This document shows, piece after piece, positions 11,201-21,600 of a stretch of 64,000 bases of DNA. Source of the stretch: Phoronis australis (taxonomy: Eukaryota; Animalia; Phoronida); the NCBI GenBank assembly GCA_002633005.1, contig NMRA01000327.1, positions 133,632-197,631 on the forward strand, in the 5' to 3' direction. The notes under the pieces were generated by a model. The model ran no database searches. It saw only the letters and a program-made list of their open reading frames with translations, and had not been told where the DNA came from. Within the stretch, counting starts at the first letter, position 1. The number at the start of each line of letters is the position of its first letter. The position numbers and the translations under genes were made by a program.

Positions 11201-13682
11201 CTGCCTTTGGTGGAGGGGGCCCTCAAGGGGATGTTCACAGTCACAGTTGTATTGTTTGTCGACGCTTTGTGTGTCTGCTAAAGAGACAAAGAGAGGTACT
11301 CGGGAATCAAATGCACTCCAGAATTTTATAACAAAACTAGTGTAATTTAAATTAACTTAAACTTTGATCTTACAATTGCAAATAAAATACGTAGAAATCG
11401 ATGCTTTCGTTTCTTTGTTGGTTTTGGTGTGAAAGGTTCAACAGAATTACTTTCTATCATAAATTTGCTTTTCTATTGTAAAACGTTAGAAATATCAATG
11501 CTAGACCATTATCGTTTGGAATAATCTTTTTATTTTAACCTAAAACTATAAACTTTTATAGACCAGCCTCACAATAGTAACTCAATACTGACTTTTTATG
11601 TAACTATAACAAATACATAGATTTCTTGAAGCTATCACATTGTTACTCGCGTTATTCAAATGAAATTGATAGTTGAACTGACTGCATTCCGATGCAGCTT
11701 CCCTGCTAATATGTTTAGTTTTATAGGAACAAATGTAAGCAAGCGTTACACAAAAGTCCACGTAAATAATGAGTTGGCAAGCATTCGTTTTGTCTTGCTG
11801 AGACCCAATAATGAAATATCTGCTGAATCTGTATACACAAAGTACACGAACATACGCGTACACACAAAGCGTGACCTGCAAATTTGCTCTGTGAACAATT
11901 ACTACACATTTTAAACAATTTAATGAAATCTGTCGTTTACAACGATCTGCTGGTGTAGATATACAGGTATTTTTATTAACTGAAGCAGGTAGCAATTACT
12001 CAAGCGCCTAGTGGCTTCATGCCATCATGGTGCCTACAGTGCCACATCCGTCATAGTTTAGATCTGTCTGTCAATCGCTATTGTGTCTGATGAAGCAAAT
12101 TTCTAAATTTGACCTCCACCAATTAGTAAGAAACCTTGGAATTAAGGACGATAATAAACTCGTCTTTTGTCACAAAAACAGCTTTTTGTTTAGACCAATT
12201 ACCGTTATAAAATTGGTCTCGGATTGTTTCTTTGTTAAATCGGAGGTCATTTCAGGACTTTGACAGAAAAGGCAGTTAGTGTTTAAGACCAGACTCGACG
12301 AGTTGGCTTGTCACGGAGTGTCATTTTATGTGCAGAACATGGTCTCAAGGTCAGATCTTTGCAAACCCAGAATTCACTTCTGTGAGTAAGGAGCCAGCCG
12401 AGGTCAGTTCTATAAAAATAAGTGTTCTTAATCAAAAGTTCGCTTCTTGGATGGAACTCAGCTTTACAGCCGCTTCAAAAAACACGACGGCGACATCCCG
12501 TTGCTCCCAACTTGTTCGATTGTATAGCCCAACAACAAGTTGGGAGTTTACCCACCGTAGCCAATTAACTCCATTCTGGCGTTGATGGTTGGAGTTCCTG
12601 CGCTCTTTTGTTTGATAATTGCTCTAATCTCCGATCAGATCGTATCTAGCCAGACTGGGGTGGGCTGATGAAAATGTAAATTAAGGTAAGCCAGATATTA
12701 TCGCACGTTCAGCACCCCTCACGTCTGCAAAAGTTACTGAACGACTGGACGCTGTAATGATAGTTGCTATCTTGTGATCAAAGTTACACGTTTTTGAAAC
12801 CAGACCACAATGCATAAGTATAAATATTCAAGAAAATTTCCAACATTTGCAGTGAAGTCGGTAAAAATTTGTCTCTGGGTTGAGAAGCACTCATCCCTCA
12901 ATATCTATGAATTTCCGAGTTTCCGTTCTATGTTTAGTGAAGCGGGCTGTAGGTATCTCGCGAGTATCTTGCGTTTACGGAACGCAGACATTGTTTCAAT
13001 TAAATTTGTCCGATAGGGGGAGCTACAGTAGCACACAATCCGCGGACACAGGATCCGTTTTATCAAAAGTCGCAAGTCCGGTCGTAACTGCGATTTTAAT
13101 TTGCTCACAGTTCATTAACGTGGCCCTTGAAGGAGCTCGTTAAGTCTGAATATTAAAAATATCAACTTAGCGCCAGTTGTAATGTTTTGATCTGATAAAT
13201 ATTAATCAGCGCAATAATGTGACCGAACCATGACCTACGATCTACGATGGATCCAAGAACCGGAGTGAATACAAACTAAAGGTCACAAAAAGATGCAGAA
13301 CTAGGACCTTATATAGATTGTTCTCCCATTCGTCAGTTCTGTACATGAAACATAAAATTAAATTACGGGTAAACACCTAAAACATACTCACGGGCTAGTC
13401 CTTGGGCGGCTACATCCACTTTTTCATGTAACACGACAAACGCGATTTATGGAGTTCAACGGAGTGCAATTTACGATGGTTTTACATGCACGGTATCCTT
13501 TTGGTTTCTTGAATCCACAGTGTGGAAAAATTGTTCTCAGATATACCCGAACAAAGAAGGAGTTTGTTGTCCAACCTCAACTCTTTATTCGCACGCTTTG
13601 TTTAAGATCGCTGGAACAAAATAAGTTCGGCAATTGCCAACTTAGTAAACAAAAACTCATTTGCGTAAAGAGGATTCGCAAC

Positions 13683-13910
13683 GGGGCAATGGTCACCTAC
13701 ACGGGACAGTAGTCACTTACAAGTGGCAGTAGCCACTTACAAGGGGCAGTAGCCACTTACACAAGACGATAGTCAATAAAGTACACGGGACAATAGTCAC
13801 TTACACGGAGCAGTAGTGACATACACGGGGCAATAGTCACTTACACGGAGCAGTAGTGACATACACGGGGCAATAGTCACTTACACAGGGTAATAGTCGT
13901 TTGCACGGGT
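13683..13910. repeat. 20-bp minisatellite, ~11 units, with a 40-bp dimer in the right half
   Basis: Unit agtcacttacacggggcaat/gt. The alternating pair cagtagtgacatacacgggg / caatagtcacttacacggag is repeated. Confidence 0.9.
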
Positions 13911-14336
13911 CCCGGATTTTGAGAACTAGTTTTACTTGTGACCATTACCTTGCAAATAATTAATCAAAAGCATTATTTTACTACTACTAAATAACTAAAA
14001 ACTTTCTAAACTAGTGATCTTCCTACGCAATAGTTGTATTATAATTTTTTCCCGCACACTCTGCCAGATATTTTAGATTCCAACGCATTGAACTTGCGTC
14101 TCCAAAGTTCAGCCAAGATATGACATGGAAACACGAGCAGTATATTTGATTTGAACGTGTTCGTGTGGCGGCGTTCATGTTATTTTATCTCGAACAATAC
14201 TGGCGTGCAGATACCCCCACTGAGCGATTATTACTGAGACTGACTTCGTGGATTTCAGTGAAGCTTTACTTTGTAGAATTTTTAACATTGAAGCGCCACC
14301 TGCCGTTCTAAAGCTGGTCATGATTTCTATCTACTC

Positions 14337-14365
14337 AATCTAGGAACCAATATGGTTCCTAGATT
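14337..14365. repeat. Perfect 13-bp-stem inverted repeat
   Basis: aatctaggaacca-ata-tggttcctagatt. Confidence 0.9.
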
Positions 14366-14930
14366 CAATTTAGAAGTGATGTTTCATTAAGTAGCATTTT
14401 GGGACCAATTCCACAACAGTATTGTAAGAGGTATATATCTGAACATTTTGTGTTGAAAATCTGTTTGTTGTCGCTTTAACTAATATGTACCTGCCTAAAG
14501 AACGTACAATTGTTCGTCAAATAAGTCATTCATTTAAAGCGATGATACACCTGCCTTCCGTCACAAAATGAAATGTATAGACAACGTCAGGCATTCTGTA
14601 TAAAAATTGCGTAACATCTTCGCTACATTCAACTTCAAAACAAAAACAACGCAACAGAACCCGTCGTAGCGTGCTTAAGTATTTTTTATTTCTATACGAA
14701 CCATATTTCACGTTTATTCCATGGAGTCATCTTTCATTTAAGAATTTTTCAATTTGTTTTTTCCCTCGTGAAATTGTGTTGTTATTTCCTTTACGGTTTT
14801 GTCACAATTTTGTCCTGCAAGTAAGCTGGAGTTTCATGAACAGACGAATCTTCGCAAGATTCAACGGCAAACCCAGCTTTTACAGTTAAAGGCACTTTGT
14901 AGGCGAGAAGAGAGATCTTTTTATATCAAT

Positions 14931-14995
14931 CACCGCTCGGATTCGAACCTGCAACCCCGCGGTCGCAATCTACTAATGGAGCTTAACCCCACTCG
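14931..14995 (-). mobile_element. tRNA-derived SINE-like remnant
   Basis: Minus strand has gagtggggttaagc (A-box-like) and the canonical B box ggttcgaatcc; it does not fold as a full cloverleaf. Confidence 0.5.
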
Positions 14996-15399
14996 ATAAA
15001 TACTATAAAATTTAACCGGTAAAGTCACAGGCCCTTGATTTCAACGTACGTCTGACAGAAAACGGCGAGAATTGGCGTTTTGCAATAAAATCATAAAACA
15101 CAATGAGTTTATAGCTTTGGTAAAAGCTAATAATTTCAAGAAGTCTGTCTCATCCATCAATAATTCAAAAATGCGTTTTTCGGCCGCAAAACCGATAATG
15201 TCCTCTTAAGACGAGGCGTTCTTTTCATTAAAAGACCTACAAACACCAGAATGGTCTCCATAATAAGATTATCTCCAAGTCACTATCCCTGCTCTTTCAT
15301 CTTTTCAGTTATAGAAGTCGATCTACTTTAATGCAAAACGTCTTTAAAACTTTCTTTTTCGCCATGATACTTAACTCAAAATTCAAAGAAAATGGGTAA

Positions 15400-15792
15400 T
15401 GGGGGATTACACGCCTCAACGCTACAAATTTCATGCTTCAACGGATTCATTGTAGTTTCTTGGACGACTGTTGGCGGTAGTATCGCTGTAAATTTGTTTA
15501 CCTTTGCCCCTTCCATATACCACCAATAAAACGGGAATTTGCTTTTATTGACAGATAACAAACGACCAATTAGCTGTCTATATTGGGTAGGCGGGGCTTA
15601 TCTAATCGGGCGTTGAATAGCATAACGGTCTGAACACGTCGTATTTGCATAGTTATAATAGAAAGGGGCGGGTCGAGAAAAGCATACTACACATATTTAC
15701 CAAGGGTCATGCTGTCATATTTTTATTCTCACCCTCGCTTATCAGAAGCGATATTTTGGCGCTCGTCTTGGGTTATCAGTATATAGCAACCT
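15400..15792 (+). promoter_or_regulatory. FoxA proximal promoter / 5' leader region
   Basis: CCAAT boxes (15523, 15566, reverse at 15582) and GC boxes (~15590 ggcgggg, ~15666 gggcggg). A TATA-like tataata lies at ~15654, with several GATA and forkhead-type motifs, directly upstream of the ORF. The TSS cannot be fixed from sequence. Confidence 0.55.
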
Positions 15793-16992
15793 ATGTATTT
15801 ACCTGTGGAGACCCCGTCTGATTGTCAGACGATGCTTTCGGCGAAGAACCCGTACGATACGGCGACAAGTAGTTACGCCATGACAAGTATGAGCGGCATG
15901 GCCGGTATGGGAACCATGGCGAACATGGCGAGTTACAACCCTCAACACATGGGTGGCATGGGGCCGCCAGGAATGGGACAAGGAATGGGCATGGGAGGTA
16001 TGGGCTCAATGGGCATGCCGCCTGCCATGGCGCCCATGAACACTATGGGCGGTATGAATATGAACGGAATGAATATGGCTGCGATGAGTCAAATGAACGG
16101 TATGAACGGTGCCATGACACCGATGAGAATGGACTTGAACAGAGCTAACGCAATCAACAGAGCCCGGGAGAAGACCTACCGACGTAGCTATACACATGCG
16201 AAGCCTCCATATTCCTATATTTCGCTCATTACAATGGCAATCCAGCAGAGTCCGCAGAAAATGTGTACATTGAGTGAGATCTACCAGTTTATTATGGACT
16301 TGTTTCCGTTCTACAGACAGAATCAGCAGAGATGGCAGAACTCCATCAGGCACAGTCTGTCCTTCAATGACTGTTTCGTCAAGGTACCACGTACACCAGA
16401 CAGACCGGGCAAAGGTAGCTACTGGACGCTGCACCCCGACTCTGGTAATATGTTTGAAAATGGCTGCTATCTTCGAAGACAGAAACGGTTTAAGTGTTTG
16501 AAGAAAGAAGCCATGCGTCAAACCCATAGCGGGGACGGTGCCACCGACGACGACGGTGATGACGACATGTCACCTAGCTCAGCCGACCCAGAGGGTCACC
16601 CCGACGCCCTGAAGACGGAGACATCGTCTCCTCCGCCCTCCCACCACCAGCACCAACAACCGCCACAGCAACCTCCACAGCAGGAGACAATAGCTACTAG
16701 TCACGCAGACCTCCCGCCCAGGCCCCCGCCGCAAATGGCTCCCCATGACGCCACACAAGCTATGATGATGCACCACATGAATGGACCACATTTTAACCAT
16801 CCTTTCTCAATCACGAACTTAATGTCACACCAGGAAAACAAGTTGGACGTGAAAATGTACGACAGTTTGCAAGGGTACCCCACCTATAGTCAAATGTCAC
16901 CTGTCACGATACCTAAAGACGCTAACGCACCCATCTCCACTGAATCCTACTACAATCGGTCATACACGCCACAGCAGACTACAAGCTTGTAA
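15793..16992 (+). CDS. foxA: Forkhead box A (FoxA / fork head / HNF3) transcription factor, single coding exon
   Basis: Class-A forkhead domain [22 protein letters not shown]...[22 protein letters not shown]...[28 protein letters not shown] (~16180-16491). Met/Gly-rich N-terminus, eh1/region [12 protein letters not shown] (~16798-16827), C-terminal YY motif. The start is either ATG 15793 or ATG 15832 (MLSAK). Confidence 0.98.
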   Translation: MYLPVETPSDCQTMLSAKNPYDTATSSYAMTSMSGMAGMGTMANMASYNPQHMGGMGPPGMGQGMGMGGMGSMGMPPAMAPMNTMGGMNMNGMNMAAMSQMNGMNGAMTPMRMDLNRANAINRAREKTYRRSYTHAKPPYSYISLITMAIQQSPQKMCTLSEIYQFIMDLFPFYRQNQQRWQNSIRHSLSFNDCFVKVPRTPDRPGKGSYWTLHPDSGNMFENGCYLRRQKRFKCLKKEAMRQTHSGDGATDDDGDDDMSPSSADPEGHPDALKTETSSPPPSHHQHQQPPQQPPQQETIATSHADLPPRPPPQMAPHDATQAMMMHHMNGPHFNHPFSITNLMSHQENKLDVKMYDSLQGYPTYSQMSPVTIPKDANAPISTESYYNRSYTPQQTTSL

Positions 16993-18045
16993 CGGGACCC
17001 TAGAACTCTGCGTTCGTCCACGGGTTTGGTAACAACCTTTAGGCCTGCCTTCAGTCGGACAAATTGACATCCTTTCAGTGTGCCATGGAAACTGAGTCGA
17101 ATCTTTGACGAACGTTGTGACAAAAACTTTAGGAAAGTTTCCAGAAACGTGCCATGAAACTCAACTGACTTTCAAGAGATTTATTGTACATTTGTTTTAG
17201 CTGTTATCACGGATTGCATTCGTGTCGTGTGCAGGTAGTCGTTATGTTTTTATAACTGTTTTAACTTGTTTTGAATTCATGTCTAAATACTGTTCGCAGT
17301 ATCCTGTTTTAATGTTTCAAACAGCGATAGATGTTTGTCTCCAGTTCCCAGAAACTCGTTATTGTGTGGCCTTCATATGTGCATTCTACCAGTGTTCCCG
17401 TTGCCCAAGTCAATTTGTGTATTATATCCCGTGTGTATATTTGAACAAGATCGGCTTTTGTTCCGTAAACACAAATCGATTGAAAAGTCTGACTTTTAGG
17501 CTTCATTTTTATCATTTCGCAATTTTGAAACATTGAAAATATTACGACAAAACGAATGCATGAATTTTATTAACTTGGAATTTTATTACAAATTAAGTGA
17601 TCTCCGTTCTGAGCTGAGTTTTTCAATATTTGACACACACGCAATATTTATTTTCCAGTTTTATAATATGACATTTTGCTGTATATATTTAGTTGTAAAT
17701 TTTTAGAAATCTTTTCTATAGCGTGTAAAATTATTTAGTAAGTCCATGTACATATGTTTCATAGACGGGAACTGAGAAGTCGATAAATGCAATGAAGATT
17801 AATTTATTCAAATATATATAGTCAATGTACAAATTGCGGCAGTTTTTAATAGCAGGCGAAACACCTTGAGGACATGTTTGTATAAGAAATAAGAGGAATA
17901 ATATTTTCATTATGAACTTGAGTTATCAAGTTATTTTTGTTTGGTTAAGTTGTCAGCCTGTTAGCTCAGGCTATCTGTAATGGGCAATCCAGCGACCTTG
18001 TGCCGAGCTGTGAACGCAATATGTCTACCGTGAGCAAGGATGCTT

Positions 18046-18051
18046 ATTAAA
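18046..18051 (+). terminator. Candidate FoxA polyadenylation signal
   Basis: ATTAAA followed ~25-45 nt later by a U/GU-rich tract (ttttgtttcttgtgcgttt), implying a 3' UTR of about 1.1 kb. Confidence 0.4.
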
Positions 18052-18623
18052 TTATTTTCTTTAACCGTCATTCTCCATTTTTGTTTCTTGTGCGTTTACT
18101 TCGCCAATATAAATCATTGCGCGTACGATGATAAGACATCCTTTGTAGATTTCATAAGCAGATTTAGAGCGCCAGGTTGTCGAAATACGTTCAGCGATAG
18201 TTCTCTGTCGTTGTGACGAAGGTTATCAGTTACTACGTGGTTGCTAAGTACAGTATGGTGTAATCTTATGTACCTTAGATCTGTCAGATAAGGTCTGATT
18301 AATTTTACATCTCTTTCTTGCTAAATGCAAATTCTTTGTCAACATCTAACTAAACTGTAAAACCTGTCGTGTGGCATAAATTCAAAACAACGCTTATTAC
18401 GAATGCCCCCATGTTATGGAATCACCATTAAATAACTGACGTTGGTGACTGCCAGCTAACCTGAATTTGCTTGCTATGTGTCTTCAATGGCTTCAGCAGT
18501 GGAACAGGAACAAACTGTGATAATCTGGGTATTGCTTCTCGCTGGTGTAATGTGAAGATTTGGCATGCTTCAGCGAATACTTAACACTTGCACAACAATT
18601 TAAATACTACTCGTCACTATAAT

Positions 18624-18651
18624 TATCATCATCATCATCATCATCATCATC
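18624..18651. repeat. (CAT)n microsatellite
   Basis: About 9 CAT units. Confidence 0.95.
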
Positions 18652-21600
18652 AATTTTTCTATATAATATTAACAAATAGAGATCGTGATCATTTACGAAG
18701 CAATTCTATGACTAGAAAAGACATTAAGTTTCTCTTGTTAAGAACATTTTTGTATTTCTGCACAGAACCATAGCTACCAGTACCAACCAAGATGTTAGGG
18801 GGCACCCCCAAAATCATGGAATCACGGCGGTTAGTACAAAGTGGTATGTCATGCAGGGTCATACCTCCACACACACACATACAGGCATGACTGTCATTAC
18901 CAGTCAAGATGTCAAGGGACATCCCCCAAATACACTTCAACGTACGCCTCTACAAATCGTGTATTGAAATAAAACTGGATTGAACTTGACACTGGGACCA
19001 AGTGTTCCCAGGTGGCTGCGAAATCTTCAGTCGCATTTGTATTCCGCGCCTCTCACCTTAGCTAAGAATTTAAGAAGCCAATTATCAGCACTGAGGAGGT
19101 TTTGTGGTAAAACTAGCTTCAGCTAACTTCAGGCCTTTGTACGCGCTGATTGAATTTTCTCAGGTGTTTGCAGGTACAATACATGTATGTGTTTTGATGT
19201 ATCTCAAGTCTTAGCGTTTAATACCTGCAGATAATAGCACGTGCGATGGTGTGCCTCTGTGGTTGTTCAATATGGTTTTGTTCGCAGCATAACCACGAGG
19301 AACTAAGAAAAACAAATACAGGCCACTTGCCCACTCCGACCTTTTACATCGGACAATGCATTTACCAACGCGCCATTGAAAAGATAACAATAAATTCATC
19401 TGGTATCCAGCTAGACATAGTCGGCCGCTTATCCGGGCCTCGGGACTCGATTTTGAACTTATTCTAGTTTATACACTTGCCCACAGGATAACTTCCATTT
19501 TGCAACAATTACTTAATGCGCGCGATTCATCTGTCGATTAACACAACAACCGAATATTACATAATACAAACACAAACAACGTGATTTTAAAAGACAAGCG
19601 TATTGACAATTTTGTCTACAAAAATTTCCTCCAGACGTCTATTATTTTTCTGGCAAAGCCATCGATTTATTTTTATGATTTTATTTTACCCTCGGCCCTT
19701 TTGTACGAGTGTTTTACGGCGGTTTCTGCCAAGTCGCCCACATTATATCCAGTCTGACTTTATCTTGACACTGCGGAGGTAGTCTTAACGTCACACCAGA
19801 CTTATCTTTATTCATAAATTCCGAACCATATCTTCCGTTGTCGTCGATTGTACACTAAATTAGCTGTTCAAAATTATTGCATAATATTAAATAAGATGTT
19901 GCGATAAATATTGGGTTCACGAAATTCCCAGAAAGTTTGCAAACGTATGCTAAACACCTGGTAAGATCTTGCGACTTTAGCATACTAAGTACACGCATCA
20001 ATGAACGGGCCTCGGGTCCGTTATACACAAGAGTAACTCCGATTTAATTTCAGTCAAAGTGTGAAGTTTCTTCCAACAATTTTGCTGTGATAGCGGTACT
20101 CTCGTGCGCAAGGTCATTTATATATGTGCGTGATTGTGTACTGTTATTTGCTATACATATTGACCGTTCATTTTGTGTCTATTTATCGAGAGTCAATCAT
20201 CCGAGATAGACATCAAATGAACAGCAGTCGTTGGTAAATATAATAAAACAATTTTCTATTTATTTTTGCTACTCTAAATATGCTTGTTCGTCCTAGTTTA
20301 GCGTTTGCAGAGCAAATTTATTCTCTTATCTGTGTATACTCATTATAGCGGTTATAATATGTATGCCATGAAATTAAAAAACACTGGCCCTGATAAATGT
20401 GTCAATATTTAATAATGCGCCATTGTGGTGTTACATGCGACTACACAGGTTTATTTGTTGCCCTTCAGGGAGCGCTGTTTACAGTTACTGATAACGTAAC
20501 ACCTCCTCTTGTTTGTTAATTTAAGAAAACGAATTTTTATACATTTTATGGTGTTATACCCATAGACAATATTACCAGGTTTTCGAGTTTAATTATAATG
20601 CATATTAAATTCGGTTTAGAAATTACCATTTTATACTATTTTCTTCCAAAATTAGATCATTGCTGTCAGAATACGATTTTAAACCATCACTAACTATTCG
20701 AGTATCATGAACACAGGCTTGCTTCACGATTGGTGATGATAGTATTTGTTGTCGTGGCTAATTGCCCTTTAACGACTTGATTGTTTTCAGTTGACATTTA
20801 TAATGTTGGCAACGAAACGCAAACTCTCCCAATCTAAATTCATGGTCCATGCCAAATGGCCCGAGAGTATTATAAATCTTTGTGATTTTAATTAATTTTT
20901 CTGTGGCAACCAAATTCTCATCAAAAATATGTGCTTTGTTAAACTGGTAAATCAATATTTCTGCCAAACGCCTGTTACAGACTTTAAATTCTTTGTGTAG
21001 TACAAATGTAGTTCGCTTCCACTCCTACATTCAAGTCTGATTGACTATGAAACGATTTCACATTCCCAGTCATAAACTATATATACTATTCAACTAATGA
21101 ACATGCGTCAAACGATTTTCAACTCCCATTCTTTTTGACATTCTTGTACATTTTAATATTAAGATTGCTTCGATCAAGAAGATCTAAGTTCCTGTTGGAT
21201 GAGATTACACCGTCGCTCTGGTTATTGCCAACATTTCGAAAAATATTCATTCGGAACATGCAATGATTAAAATCCTTTCCGGATTTTAAAATTCCGAGTT
21301 AATTGGTAGCAAATAAACAGCCTAATTTGGGCTAATGTGGTTTTGTTTATTAGTTCACACCTGTACCGCAGAAGTCCAGTGGTTGTTGATGAAATTCTTT
21401 TGATAGACCGCCTTTTGTCGATTACCAACATTATGTAATCCACTGAAAGTAATACAGCTAAGTGAATGGAGTCGTTGCAGAAGTAGACATACAAGTTCAC
21501 GCAACAATCAACAGAAACACAAAAGCTTCACGAATAAATCCACTTAAGCTAACTATAGGACTGGTGGTAACAAAATTCACCGGAATTCTATTTTCACACG

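Noticed and set aside
10605-11995. 133-aa and 137-aa minus-strand ORFs
   Set aside because: No domain resemblance, composition like the AT-rich background, and no splice chain.
13683-13910. 20-bp repeats as CRISPR or iterons
   Set aside because: Head-to-tail degenerate units without spacers.
14931-14995. Functional tRNA gene
   Set aside because: Only the B box is canonical; a cloverleaf cannot be built.
15791-16883. Overlapping antisense and alternate-frame ORFs within FoxA
   Set aside because: Expected shadows of a GC-richer coding region; no recognisable motifs.
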